A stretch of DNA of 64,000 bases from Paraspadella gotoi (lineage: Eukaryota > Animalia > Chaetognatha). Of this stretch, positions 1 through 13,800 are shown one piece after another (the first letter of the stretch is position 1; every line of letters starts with the position of its first letter). The stretch is from contig CM119264.1 of assembly GCA_051294375.1 (NCBI GenBank), positions 1,641,662-1,705,661 of the forward strand. Reading direction: 5' to 3'. Made by a program: the position numbers and the translations under genes. The notes beneath the pieces were generated by a model. It saw only the letters and a program-made list of their open reading frames with translations, made no database searches and had not been told where the DNA came from.

Positions 1-39
1 TCTTTCGCCTACGAAACAAAATTTTCTTCCTTTGCTTCG

Positions 40-580
40 TCAATTCATGCAACTAGTTTCTTTTTCTTTCCCCTTTTTTTGGGGGGTGGCTCCTCTTTTC
101 TCATTTTCGGCTCCTATTCTTCAATAATTGGCTCCTCTCTTTTATTTTTGGCTCCTCTTTCTTTTTTTGGCTCCTCTTTCTTCGTTTTGGATCCTCTTTC
201 AAATTTTCGAGCTCCTTTTCCTCCCTTTAAATCCTCTTCCTTATTTGGCTCCTTTTCCTCATTAGTTAGCTCAAGTTTCTCATTTTTGGCTTCTCTTTTC
301 CGTTAGTTGGTTCCTCTTCCCCTTTTTTGTCTCATCTTCCTAATTTTTAGCTCCTATTTCTCATTTTTTGGCTCTTTTTATTGGCTCCTCTTCCTCGTGT
401 TTGGCCTCTCTTCCTTATATATTTTGACTCCTTTTTTTCATTTTTTGGCTCTTCTTTCTTGCTCTTTTTGCTCAGTTTCCTCTTTTTTTAGCTCCTTTTT
501 CTCATATATTGGCTCCTCATTGATTGGCTCTTCCTCCTTCATTTTGACTCCAGTATCATTTTCTATTTTTTGCTCCTACA
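40..580. repeat. Degenerate pyrimidine-rich tandem repeat (core TTTTGGCTCCTCTT)
   Basis: ggctcctc/ggctcttc core recurs about every 20 bp; the F/S/L-rich ORFs over it are artefacts. Confidence 0.7.
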
Positions 581-685
581 CGGTTAATGTTTGCTCCATC
601 TTCACCGGAGAGAAAAAAAAGGGAAAAAAAAGAGGATTTTATGCAAAGAGGAATAAATATGAGCGAGAATCCTTCAGAGAAAGTC

Positions 686-765
<80 letters not shown>

Positions 766-2000
766 CGTGCAACCTTATTGCGGCGGTTACGACTGCAAAT
801 TGATTCGATTCTACTTTATTAAATGTTAATCGCGACGACGACGACAACGACGATAACGACGACGACGACGACCGTCGATTATCCCAATTAAGGAACAACA
901 ACAACAACAACAACAACGTCGTTTTTGATCTTTGAAATTTTTTTTTTCTTTTTCTTTTTACTTTTATTTCTTTTTCTTTTCCTTTTTCTTTTTCTTTTTC
1001 TTTTTCTTTTTCTTTTTCTTTTTCTTTTTTTTTTCTTGTTCGTTTTATTTTAAACTTTGAACATTTCGTAGGATGAAAATCTGACATCATTTCATAAATC
1101 TGACACCATGTCATTAATCTCCCACTATGTCATCAATCTCTTCTGTCATCCTCTTTTGCAGCGACACCTGAAAAGGATGACTATCTTCCAGGTATTTTAT
1201 CTCATTAATTTATTATTTCATTCTTTATTTTTCTTTTCTTTTTCTCCCTTTTTTTTTCTCTCGTCTTAACGGATTAAACGTTTTTAACGAGAATCCTTTT
1301 ATATCTTTCTTTCTCCCGATAAAGTGTCTTACGAATTAATTTAAATCATCATTAGATGATGCTATTAAGTATTTTTGTTAAAAGGCTTTTCGTATAATTT
1401 TATAATGTTTGAACATCTACAAAGCGCTTAATTTATTTATCTTAATTCAAAATTCGCCCACAACCATTATATTCAGTTGTTAATCCAGCTCCTGTAGAAA
1501 ATTCTAAAAACAAAATTTATAAATTATTATTGCTATATTAAAGAAGAAGTTTTATGAAACATTTAAAGAAACGGTTAAAAAATTATAGAAGCATATCAAA
1601 ACAACATTAGAAAAAAACAATTGAAGAAACAATTTCTATAAAAACATTCAAAAAACACAATAGAAAAAATATTTGTAGAAAAATTACAAAAAAATAAAAG
1701 AAGCATTTCAAAAAAAACATTAGAAAAAAAAGCAGTTAAAAAAAAGCGAGAGAAACATTTTTAAAAAAACATCAGAAAAAAAACATTTGAAGAAACAGTT
1801 TTGTTTTCTTTTTGCCTTTTTTCTTGCGATCGACTTTTTTGCGACTTTTGTTTTTCGTCTTCGTCTAACGACATAAAAGCTTCTGGCTTCAATAGACTAA
1901 TCAACGACCGCGAAAAATTCAAGATGGCGCCGACGACGACGAAGACGACGACGACGTTAGCGATTGCAATCAAAACTAAATAAAAAAATATTTAATTAAA

Positions 2001-2263
2001 ACAAGGAACGGTTATTTCAAGGTGTTGCGCCGCATTACTTTTCTTTTTACTTTCTTATCCCTTGTATTTCCGTGTATATACGACAAGCTGTGCATCGTAA
2101 TCACGTCTTTTATTCCTTATAGTTTGTAAGATTTCTTTAAAAACAAAAAGCGGCGCTAGTAGTCGCTTAGATTTGAGGTTTTTTCCTGTTTTAACAAATG
2201 AGCAACGAACTATAGGCAAGTTATAAGCGTTTTCAACGTAAGTACTCGCGGCGCAACTAAAAA
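2001..2263 (-). mobile_element. HINE/DINE-1-like (Helentron-type) non-autonomous repeat, internally deleted copy
   Basis: Shares subterminal inverted motif GTTGCGCCGC / GCGGCGCAAC and body with copies at 9208-9440, 13801-14064, 23745-24016 and 63557-63830. Confidence 0.6.
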
Positions 2264-2951
2264 AATTTTCAATGTCGGCGACGACAATGACGACGACGAC
2301 GACGACTACAACGAGATTTAAAAAAAAACAAGAAAGGTAATTCAAATGTCTTTCGCCGCAGTGACTGCCCTATCACGTATTTACAGTTGATCACGTGACT
2401 CCCAGAGGTAGCGCTAGTAGTCGCTTAGATGCTCGGTTCAGCAAAAATGACAAAAGGGCAACGAAGTGAACGAGATATTAGCATTTTAAACATAAGGGGG
2501 ACAGACCGACGGACGGACATACCGACCGATCGACCCATCGACCGACAGACCGACCGACCAAGTGTCTCATAAAGTTTCTTAGCCAGTAATTGTGGCGAAA
2601 TTAAAAAATCGTTGGAAACTGAAAAGAAGAAAAAAATATTTCATCGTCAGTTAACCAAAGCTTTTGATTAAAATTATCGCCACTTTACTATCTACCTGTG
2701 AAAAATGGCAAAAACGGCGTCTCGCAATGTCGAGTGGCAATGATATGATTATGATTATAAAGATGATGATTAAGGTTATGATGATGAAGATTATGATGAT
2801 GATGATGATGATGATTACGGTGATGATGATTATGATTATGATAATGATAATCAGGATGTTAATAACAACAACAACAACAAAAGACGAAGAGGAAATTGTT
2901 TTCGAGTCTCAGACACTAAATCGAAGGCCTCATTCCTTCTCGATTTGTTTT

Positions 2952-2990
<39 letters not shown>

Positions 2991-3165
2991 CTCCTCTCCT
3001 CTCTCTCTCCTCTTTTTCTTTTCATTATCCCGTTTTGTTCTCGAGCGCGAGAGCTTAGAATTCTCCAAATGGAATTGTTATGGTTTAATTAAAAACGCAA
3101 AGGAATCTTTTCTCTCTTTGTCTCTGTCTCACTCTCTCTATTTTTCTTTGGTTTACCCAGACCGA

Positions 3166-3252
<87 letters not shown>

Positions 3253-3343
3253 TCTTTGTCCCGACGTTGACAAAGTCTCCCCGACGGCCGCAGCTTTTGT
3301 CCTTTTATTTTTCTTCGCTCACGGTAGAATTTTCTGTCTCTGA

Positions 3344-3384
<41 letters not shown>

Positions 3385-3428
3385 TCTTCTTCTCTCTCTT
3401 CTCCTCCTCTCTCTCTCGTCTCTTCTCT

Positions 3429-3475
<47 letters not shown>

Positions 3476-3581
3476 CTCTCTCACTCCTCTCCTCTCTCTC
3501 TCTAACCTCCTCTCTCTCACTCCCTCATCTCTCTCATCTCTCCACAACCTCCCACTACCCACACCCCCAAACACAACTCAC

Positions 3582-3710
3582 CACATTTGCCCCAAATTTG
3601 ATTTTAATGTCTTTCTTGTTGACGCAAGCCGCTCGACGAAGTTCGCAGAGATTTTGGTAGTACGGCCGTCGCTGCCGCAGACTGGGTGGGAACCGGCGGA
3701 GTTGCCGAAG
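3582..3710 (-). CDS. AGRN: Agrin coding exon 2 (Kazal part of first follistatin domain); two apparent 1-nt deletions
   Basis: cag|C acceptor after (CT)n, G|GTGAGT donor; phase 2 matches exon 1. With two frame corrections reads R-FGNSAGSHPVCGSDGRxYQNLCELRRAACVNKKDIKIKFxGKC, a Kazal consensus (PVCGSDG..Y.N.C....AC......GKC). Confidence 0.85.
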
Positions 3711-3712
3711 CT

Positions 3713-3813
<101 letters not shown>

Positions 3814-4277
3814 AAGAGAGAGAGGGAAAGGGGGGAGTGGTGAAAAAGATATGAGTTTCATCAGTTTTACTCAGTGGCGGCAATAAGTTTTTTTGAAGAA
3901 ATAGCGTTTGATTGAGGTGAAGACCTCGCGGGTCGAACAGTCATGAGTTCAATACTCGATGTCTGTCCTTGCTTTACGACAAAAACAAGAAAATCAACAA
4001 CAGGAATAAAAACAAAAACAAAAACTACAACGACAACTACAATAAAAAGGACGAATATAACAACAACGACAACAACAACGACAAAAAAGATTGTTCCGAC
4101 TTCGCGAATTCTGCCAAGAAAAGTCGTCGGCCAAAATATCGATGAAGGAGAAAAAAGAAAAGGGAGAGACAGAGAGAGAGAGAGTGAGACAGAGACAGAG
4201 ACCGCTGCCGCCACCCGCTTCGCCCCGAGACATCGAGCGCGTCGGCGGCTAATGACGAATATATGCATTCCTTTGTG

Positions 4278-4349
<72 letters not shown>

Positions 4350-4791
4350 ACTCTCCCACATTCCTTTGATTGCCGTTCTTGTCGATTTTCATGAGCCTTA
4401 TATCTACTTTGCCCTAATAACTTTGCCTTTATAACTACTTTACGCTAAAAAAAGAGCATTTTTAGAGATTTAATTTGTTATCCAAATTTGTATAAATATT
4501 CTTTTGTTTATATTACCTGAATTGTTTGTTTGTTTGATTTGTTTTAATGAAATTTAGTTTAACCTTAATGGTAAAATTTATGACAACGAAATACTAAGAC
4601 TGCTTCATGCTTATGAATTATAATTTAGTGAAATATAGATTTGTCTAAAATGGTGATAGGCTTTTGTGAATAATTAGATTCAGAAATATTAATGAAATGA
4701 CCGACTGAAGAGTATCACAATCGAAATCGTCCATTTTCAAATCTTCTATTGTTTAATATTTTTCTCTCTGAGAAAAATGATCGCCATTTTA

Positions 4792-4826
<35 letters not shown>

Positions 4827-5196
4827 NNNNNNNNNNNNNNNNNNNNNNNNNNNNNNNNNNNNNNNNNNNNNNNNNNNNNNNNNNNNNNNNNNNNNNNNNN
4901 NNNNNNNNNNNNNNNNNNNNNNNNNNNNNNNNNNNNNNNNNNNNNNNNNNNNNNNNNNNNNNNNNNNNNNNNNNNNNNNNNNNNNNNNNNNNNNNNNNNN
5001 NNNNNNNNNNNNNNNNNNNNNNNNNNNNNNNNNNNNNNNNNNNNNNNNNNNNNNNNNNCTCTCTCTCTCTCTCTCTTTCTATCTCTCTTTCTCTTTCTCT
5101 TTTTCTAAACGTGAGATCCCAAGATTTTTTCATTATTTCTCTTCATCAAAGGGAATACATCTCTCCCTCGCCAAAATGTTACTTATCTCTCTCTCT

Positions 5197-5258
<62 letters not shown>

Positions 5259-5461
5259 CGGCGGAATCGAGGTCGAAAGGGGTCGATGTTTAATACCCTG
5301 TTCCAGGTGACTGCATATATCCGCTTCGTTTTTTATTCTGTATAGATCCTCTCCCTCTCTCTCTCTCTCTCCCCCACTCGCTCTCTATCCTTTTTTATTA
5401 TAAGCGACTAATGAGGGAAGATCCGACTCAATCTATCGTTTTTTACTGGAGCCTGAGGATC

Positions 5462-5627
<166 letters not shown>

Positions 5628-5815
5628 AAAGAGGAAGAGATGAGAGAGAGATAGAGATGACCAGTCGACGCTGATTTAGCCAAATTTGGCAATCTGCTTC
5701 TCCGCTCAGTTTCCCCTTTCTGCTTTTCTTTCTGCTTTTTTTTTCCCCGCGTCGTGTTTTTTCTGTGGCCAACGATCTCACTGAGATAAGATCGATCGGC
5801 GATCGTGGGGAGGAA

Positions 5816-5990
5816 TGGGGATCATTTTGGGGAAGAGTGGGGATCATTTTGAGGAAGAGTGGGGATCATTTTGAGGAAGAGTGGAGATCATTTTGAGGAA
5901 GAGTGGGGATCATTTTGAGGAAGAGTTGGGATCATTTTGGGGAAAAGTGGGGATCATTTTGGGGAAAAGTGGGGATCATTTTTGGGGAAG
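5816..5990. repeat. 21-bp minisatellite (GGAAGAGTGGGGATCATTTTG), about 8 copies
   Basis: Direct tandem units visible. Confidence 0.9.
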
Positions 5991-6116
5991 AAGGAATTTG
6001 TTTTAATTGATTAAATTGTTTTAATTGTTTTAATTGTTTAAAGTGATCAAATTTACAAGAATGAGGAGCTAATTGTTTATTAGGAAGTTATCCTTTTATA
6101 ACACTCTAATGAAATT

Positions 6117-6215
6117 TTTCAGGGTCCCGCTATTTCAGGGTCCCGCTATTTCAGGGTCCTACTATTTCAGGGTCCCGCTATTTCAGGGTCCTGCTATTTC
6201 AGGGTCCTGCTATTT
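6117..6215. repeat. 16-bp minisatellite (TTTCAGGGTCCYGCTA), 6 copies
   Basis: Direct tandem units visible. Confidence 0.9.
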
Positions 6216-7110
6216 CTTTATCTTCTAAAAAAAGTTGGGTCGGTCTGAACCCGCTAGAGCCAGTCCAAAAGTCAGGAGCAAGTTAGCTTATTCCTAGAAT
6301 GAATACATAATTTTCTCCTTGTGCTAACGATTTTATAAATAAATAAATACATGCGTTTAGATATAAACAATTTATCAAAACTAACGAGTGTCGCAGTCCC
6401 AAGCGACGAATCGACATCATGATTTTAATTCAACCACAAAAAAAAAAGAAAGAAAAAAAAGAAAGAAAATCCCAGTTTTTCTTCTTCCTTAAAATTTGCA
6501 AACGAGAAATTTTTTCGTTTCTCATTCACAAAGAAAATTTAACGGAGTCACGGAAAATTTAATCCTGACGAGATCACTGTGAATAATTATACAGTAAAGC
6601 ACCGGTTTTAACGAGCGCGGAGATAACGACGTTTTCGATTTAAACAATAATTACATTTACATAGGTTCGAAGATTGATAGAATTATTTTATTTATTTAAC
6701 TATTTTATTGTTAAAATTAACTACTATCATCAGTTAAATTAAATTAAATTATCGAAAAAATTAAAAAAATAAAAAGGAGGAAAGAAAAAAAGAATAAGAA
6801 AATACAAAAGAGGAAAATGGGGAAAAAAAGAGGAAATAGGAAAAGAAAGGAGGAAGAAGGAAAATAAAAAGAAAGGAGGAAAAAGGAAGGAGATTGTCAC
6901 CTAAATGAGTCATTGAAAAAGGCTGGTTGGGACAAGACGTACTGAGCTGATCATGAAAAGTCTGTCTCTGGGCTGACTAATAGTCAGTGACTATGGATAT
7001 GAGACAACTGCTATTATTCTCAAGGCTCAAGGAAGAAGATAAAACTGAATTTACAAAACCGTTTTCTTAGGGGAACTGACTATTGACACTCATGAAGGGT
7101 TTGAGAATAT

Positions 7111-7619
7111 GGCCTTATTTTCCCAGAACGCCCCATTTTATATCGAATTCGGAATTAGGTTAATAGGCTGGAGATTATGGTTGAGGATAAGGTTAGGGAT
7201 TAGGGTAGTGATTAAGGTTAGAGGTTTGGGTTATAAATTAGGGATAGAATTTCCCACGTAAAATTGCAATTGTAATGGTAACCAAGTGAAAGAAACGGAT
7301 TCACCAGAATGAGTTTGAACTATTTTAATTTGTCTCTATAGTAAAATGACATAATTAACTATGGTGCTTATAAAGTTGACCGCGACGACAATTAACCTGG
7401 GAAAAAATCGGTTCGACGAACGTTGGAGGATTAAAGGGTGGTTAAAGGGTGGTTAAAGGGAGTTTAAAGGGTGGCCAAAGGGTGGTTAAAGCGTGCCTAA
7501 AGGGTAGTTAAGAGGATGGTTAAAGGGTGGTTAAAGGGTGGTTAAAGGGAGTTTAAAAGGTGGTTAAATGGATGTTAAAGGGTGGTTAAACCAGAGCTAA
7601 TTTCCGCGAGAAAATAGGC
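7111..7619. mobile_element. Putative MITE with GGCNYTATTTTC-type TIRs, degenerate TTAGGG-like tract and an 11-bp TTAAAGGGTGG array (7431-7590)
   Basis: Left ggccttattttc, right gaaaataggc; same architecture as 12597-12939 and 42446-42753. Confidence 0.45.
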
Positions 7620-7661
7620 TATGAACTGGACGTTCGTCTCGATGAAGTCGATGAATTTTTA

Positions 7662-7701
<40 letters not shown>

Positions 7702-8876
7702 TGGCGACAACGAAGTCACGTCGAAGGGAAAAATATCGAGGGACACCGTCACTAGGAAGAGAAGAAGGCGGAAATCGTCCTTTGGAATGTTTGAACTAAT
7801 TTCATGGCTTGAAGTAAGGTATGAATAAACACGTAACCTTATATATATAAGGTTATAAAAATGTTAATGTTAATGTATCCATTCAATCAGTGATACGTTC
7901 CTTCCATACATCTAACCATTTCTCCGTCACTACTGTCCACCCAAGAAATAGATTCTCTTTCTCTCCCTCTTCCTAGTGAATAGGGGAACTCGACGCTGAC
8001 AATCACTAGAAGTCCAACGGAGGAAAAAAACCCTCGAGCCAAAAATTAACTGTCTCTTGTTGTCGTTGTTGTCGTTGTTGTTGTTGTTGTTGTTGTCGTC
8101 GTCATTTCTAAGAAAAGCTTAGAAAAATTCGAGTTTATTTTAGGGGGGGGCGGTTGAAGCATGATTCATAATAATTGTTTAATGATTAACAAGTTTGATC
8201 AAACAATTCCAAAGAGGCCAAGGGTCATTAACGGTAAGCAGCTTATCGGTTAATTAATTCATTAGTTAATTAAATATCGAAGCTGAAATTTACATTTAAT
8301 ATAAAAAGAAAAAAAATCAGAATGAGACGATTTCATTGAAACCTGATTTCCCGCTTATTCACACCCTTGTTAACCTACACACAAAATTTCTCAAGTAAAT
8401 CGCTTGATCCAGTCATGACTAATTGGCTTTCAAAGCTAAGGGGAGACAGATAAACAGACGGACATACGGACATACGGACGGAAAGACAGACAGATGGACG
8501 GAGGGATAGAGAGACATTGATTGTTTTCATAATTTATTTTAAGTGATATACCGACAAGATTTTGGGGTCGGACCGACAGACCGACAAATTGATTTATAGA
8601 TTATTGATTAATGCCAGGGTTGTAAATTGATGGGTCAACAATATAATTGTTGTTGTCGTTTATTCAAATATTTGGCAAAGGTCCAATTGAAGGTTTGGCA
8701 TTAAGCATTGGCTGACTGAGCTTAGGTTCAACCAAAACTTTAGCTAAATATTTAAAGATGAAAGACAAAAAAAATGTTTTTTTTTTGTTTGTTTTTTTTT
8801 TTTTTTGAAAAAATTGACTCAGTGGTCACCGAGACCAACTATTTTGGTCACTGAATATATTAGTCTCCTCGTATTT

Positions 8877-9082
8877 GGACCCAGGACGTGCAAAGGGTTA
8901 GAGACCCAGGGACGTGCAAAGGGTTAGAGACCAGGGACGTGCAAAGGGTTAGAGACCCAGGGACGTGCAAAGGGTTAGAGACCCAGGGACGTGCAAGAGG
9001 TTAGAGACCCAGGGAGCGTTGCAAAGGGTTAGAGACCCAGGGACGTGCAAAGGGTTAGAGACCCAGGGGCGTTCAAAGGGTG
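8877..9082. repeat. 26-bp minisatellite (GACCCAGGGACGTGCAAAGGGTTAGA), about 8 copies
   Basis: Direct tandem units visible. Confidence 0.9.
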
Positions 9083-9562
9083 AGACGCCCTCCACAAAGC
9101 CGCGAAGCCCGGGCTCGTAAGGGGAGCATGGGAAAAACTTTTGGGGCCCAAAGAGTTTATACAAAAATAATACAAGAAAAACATTAGCCTTTATAATAGA
9201 AAATATTAGTCCCACTTACGCTAAAAATGCAAATGATTCGCCTTGAGTTGTTTGCTCATTTATTAAGACAGAAAAAAAAACCTCAAATCTAAGGGACTGC
9301 TATCAGGAATTCCTAAAACTATAAGGAAGAAAAGACGGAATTTCGATGCTGTACTTGTCATACATACAAGGGCTAAGAAAGTTTTTTAATCATGTCATGT
9401 CATGTCACATCATGCGATCATTGGAATCACCGTTCCTGTTAATTAAAGATTAGGTTAGATCTTCAGTTAGGTTTTAAATTAGAGATTAGAAGGTGAATAT
9501 GGTTCGGAGTTTGGTTAGTGATTAGGGTTAGGGATTTTGGTTAGCGACCCACCCAAACCCAC

Positions 9563-9771
9563 CGGTCGCATCTCTCCGGACAGACGCAGACCCCACGCTT
9601 TCCTTCCTCATCCGGGTGACACTTGGCGCCAAAGTTGCAGATGACGTTAACGCAGGGGTCTCTTACATCCGGGGGGTAGACGTAGCAAGGGCTTGAGGTG
9701 GGGGATAGGAGGAGGAGGAGGAGGAGGAGGCGTGGGAAAGGAGAGGGGGAAGAGGAGGATGATGAGGACAT
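9563..9771 (-). CDS. AGRN: Agrin first coding exon: signal peptide plus follistatin N-terminal (FOLN) Cys module
   Basis: MSSSSSSSPSPFPRLLLLLLLLSPTSSPCYVYPPDVRDPCVNVICNFGAKCHPDEEGKRGVCVCPERCDR; CG|GTGGGT donor; in-frame TAA just upstream (9789-9787). An acceptor with CTAAT branch point at 9912 implies an upstream non-coding exon. The CYV.P.D..DPC start resembles invertebrate agrins (from recall). Confidence 0.8.
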
Positions 9772-10982
9772 GATTTTTTTTTCTTTTTATAATCCAAAAG
9801 TTTAATTTTTTTGGGATGTTAAGTAATAAGTATTTCTATGTTCGTTTGTTCGTTTATTAATCCGATTAAAAGTTTAGTTATATTTTCGTTTTGGATGTCT
9901 TTTTAAAATCGCTGGCGGAGATTTGAAGAGTTGAGAAATTAGTGCACAGCCTAAGAACTCCACGGGAAATTGAATTCGTTTCACTCGAAGATGACAGTCT
10001 TGTAGTGTATTATCGTTCCTACTAGGTCAACTGTATCACGTCGCCCCTACAGGCGCCGTATGATTTATTTGCTTATTCACCTTCATGACACGCGATAATT
10101 ATTTGTATATTTGTATTACATCGCGTAATTTGCTAGATTGCCACATTCTGTCCGTATTTATTACTGTAGAAAAATAGGAGAATGGTAGAATAAGAGAATG
10201 GGAGAACGAATCAATTTCGAATCATATCCTCATAGGAAACGCGTAGTTTTTCGGCGAATACAACTGTGCACCCGTCCAACGCATTAAAAAAACAACTGTG
10301 CCTCGTGAAGAGACGAACTTCGTTATATCGAACAACTTTTCGCTTTTAAATCATCACTTTTAAGTCTCTTTTTTTTCTCGTTTTAAGCAAAATTCAGCCC
10401 ACGTTTTTTTTTTCAATTCACTTTATTTTAAACGTTGTTGTTGTTGTAGTAGACGATTGTCGTCGTTGTTGTTGTTGTTGTATCGATTTTTTTATCGTAA
10501 ATTAAGAAAGCAATTTTTTTTCTTTCTTCTGCTACGAAGATTTTATGACGAGATGGCGCTGTCAAGTTTTCGAGAGACGAAAGTCGACATTTGCTGAAGA
10601 TAATGAAAAATTTAAATTGTTTATAAGTTTAGGGGGAAAAATAATAATATTTAAAGATATAGCGAAAACAAATCGATGGCAAAGCACAATATTACTTAGT
10701 TAATTTAAGAATAGAAAACGTTCTAAAGACTGTTTTGTCAGAGAAGAAGGAAAGAAGAGAGAGAGAAGAGAGAGAGGAGAGGAAGAGAGAGAGAGAGGGA
10801 GAGGAGAGGAGAGAGAGAGGGAGGATATACAAAAAAAGCTCGTGTTACTTTAACACAAAACCTCAAATGTTGCGTGGGTTGTCGGAAGAACAAAAACTGA
10901 CATCTATCAATCAAAATGACATGAATCCGTGACAACTCATTCTCTATCTCTCTGTCTCTCTCTCTCTCTTTCTCTCTCTTTA

Positions 10983-11025
<43 letters not shown>

Positions 11026-11208
11026 TTTTATCCTACTCCTACACCCTGCCCCCACCCTTCCTGATTTTCTTTTTGATTTTCTTTAAGCAAAAATATTAGA
11101 TTTAAAAATATAAATATAATATAAAATTATCTTGTTCATACTTTCTTACAGATTGACGGTCTCTTCAACATCTTTACCTCGTTTTCTCTCTCTCTCTCTC
11201 TCTCTTCT

Positions 11209-11246
<38 letters not shown>

Positions 11247-11776
11247 TCTCTCGTTTGTAGCCAGTTTCCGGCTGTCGGATCAGTAATGAGCCCGAAAATT
11301 GGTTGTCGTAATTCGTCACGACGATGAAGGTCGTTGACTGTCATTGTCATCGTCATTCCTCACGAAAATGTGTCATTTATCACGAAAATGTGTCATTGTT
11401 ATTCTTCACAAAAAGGTGTCTATGTCATTTACATTCATTTCCAGTAAGTGTCCTTGTCATTGTCATCCGTCACCATAATATGTCATCATCATTGTCATTC
11501 GTCACAAAAAAGTGTCATTGTCATCTGTCAGGTTTCATCGTCATTGTCATTCGTCACGCACTCCCTTGCGTCAAGTCACTGACCGCTGACGCCGAACGAA
11601 GCAGTAAAAACAATGAAAAGAGAAGGCAGCAGTCGCCTGTCAATGAACCTCGCTGATGATTGCGGTCAGACTCTTTGGACTCAGATTGGAATCGTTAAAA
11701 CTGACAACTGGCAATGATTGGCTGAGAAGCAATAATGATTGCAAAGCAAAGCTTAATCTAGTTTTAATTTACGATA

Positions 11777-12072
11777 ATAAGGGGCTAAGTGTGCTATCCG
11801 TATCATCTGCGCCCCTCGGCAGCAATGGAACGGGTCCTGGTTTGAGAACTAAGCTTCAGGGTTTTCTACGCCCCCACGGAGGTTTAAGGCCGTCCTCACG
11901 CTTTCCACACGCTTGCCCCACGCATGCCATACGCTTGCCACACGATTGCCATACGGTAGTTACCATTGAGGGTTTATCCCGGTACTTAATGGTAATGTGC
12001 TGATGGTAATGAGTTGATACCATTACTAAATGATCCACATGCGGGGTGAACTTATTGCAATTCCCGACTACA
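11777..12072 (-). mobile_element. Diverged solo LTR of the tRNA-containing TRIM family at 51604
   Basis: Reverse complement starts TGTAGTCGGG..AAGTTCACCCCGC and contains GTGAGGACGGCC, CCAGGACCCGTTCCAT and TACGGATAG..CACTTAGC as in the TRIM LTR. Confidence 0.8.
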
Positions 12073-12596
12073 ATAAGAACAACAAACATTTTGTTTTCTT
12101 TCTTAAAAAATTATAAAATTTGTACGACAAATATAAAAATCATTTATTGTTTTTTCCTTCATATTCATCAAAAAAAAAAGTTAATCCCTAAAAAATCATT
12201 CGCTTTATTTATCGTAAATCTGCTAAGTTTTACCCACACACTCTTCACTTTTTTATCCAAAACAAATGACCATTTGACCATCTTGTTTGTTTTTACTATC
12301 CTAACCGGAAGTATAGTCGCGAGAATTTCTTTGTTTTACTCCTCTCACTTTAGCCTCGATCTCTCTACGAGTCTTCGGTCATCCAACTACTTCCACGCAC
12401 CCCCTCTCCCTCCCCCCTCAACCTTCTTCACCATTTCCCCTTTACCCCTCTCTCCCTTCCACAACCCATAAATCCCTCCCTCTTCTACATCCCATCTTTC
12501 ATCTTTTCCTTTTTTCCATTTAATTCCATTTCCTCGCATCTTTCAATTTTCTCTCTCTTCTCCCTTCGGCGTTTCTCTCTTCACCTCACAGTTTGT

Positions 12597-12939
12597 GGCT
12601 CTATTTTCCGAAAGCGCCCGATTTAGATTTCTGAACCATAAACCATAAACCTTAATTTCCAGCTCTATTCTTTTTTTTTTTAAATTCAATTCAAAATCTA
12701 ATCCCTAACCTTTTTTTTCTAACCTTAAATCCTAATCGCAAACCTTTTCTTCTATCTTTAAACCTTAATCCCTAAAATTTTTTTCTTATCTTAAATCCTA
12801 ACCGCTAACCTTTTCTTCTATCCCTAAATCCGTTCCCAAACTTTCATCTAATCTCAAACCCTGACCCTAATTATCAAACCTAAAAACTAATTCAATTTTG
12901 AATTCAAGTTGAAATGGAGTGCTTTTGGAAAAGAGGGCT
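12597..12939. mobile_element. Putative MITE with imperfect ~22-bp TIRs enclosing degenerate CCCTAA-like repeats
   Basis: ggctctattttccgaaagcgccc ... ggagtgcttttggaaaagagggc. Confidence 0.5.
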
Positions 12940-13800
12940 CAAATTTTGCCCAACGAATCTTCTGACTTTTCTTCTATCATAAACCGTTTTTGTGCTGTGA
13001 GCAGTTTAAGTTATTCCCCAAAAAGCTGGGCCTCCCTGTATGAGACGCTTTTTTGTCTCTCTGTCTGTTGTCACCCTGTCTGTCACTCGATATCATATAT
13101 ATAAACTTTAAAAAATAAATGTGTTACGAAAAAAGGTTTCATCGTTTGAACAACGCGTTTTCGAAGCACGAATGAGAAAGAAGCAAAGAGGAAGAGGAGC
13201 AACATTAAAATCAGCGAGAGAAGGAAGAGGAAAATCTTAAATCTGCGTCCTTGTTTTTTCTTCTTTCTCTTCCATTTTTTTTTCACTCTTCAGAATGTGA
13301 ACAGCTTCGACTATAAACCTGTTGGCGCCCCGACGATGCGACGACGTCGACTGAATACTGATCCAGGCCGTCGTCGTCGTCGTCGTCGTTGCTGTCAATT
13401 CCGACCTCAGCTGATTTCGCTCCATCAAGTTTTTACTTTCTTTTTTTTTTCTTTTTCTCTCTTTTAATTTTCTTTTTTTTCCTTTACAATGATAAAAAAA
13501 ATGTTTTGTAATATTCCCATTTCTCTTTATTTTATCTTTTACTCAAGGTTACTCATGTTTTTATCCTTTCTTTTCATTATCTCTTTTTTCCCTCCTTTCC
13601 GTTTTACATTCTTTCTTTTCTTCCTATTTTTCTTTTTAACTTCTTTCTTCCCTGCTTTCCTTTTTTCCTTCTTTCTCTCCACCCTCCTTTCCTTTTTTAC
13701 TTCTTTCCCTTCTCCATCCTTTCCTTTTTTCTTTCATTCTCTCCTCCCTCCTTTCATTTTTTCTTTCTTTCTTTCCTCCCTCCTCTATAAATTAATTTTC

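Noticed and set aside
7150-7250. Interstitial telomere or chromosome fusion site
   Set aside because: Highly degenerate and lies within a TIR-bounded repeat family
8877-9082. Regular 26-bp repeats (also 5816-5990 and 22783-23185) as a CRISPR-like array
   Set aside because: Units are head-to-tail with no unique spacers, there are no cas genes, and the context is eukaryotic
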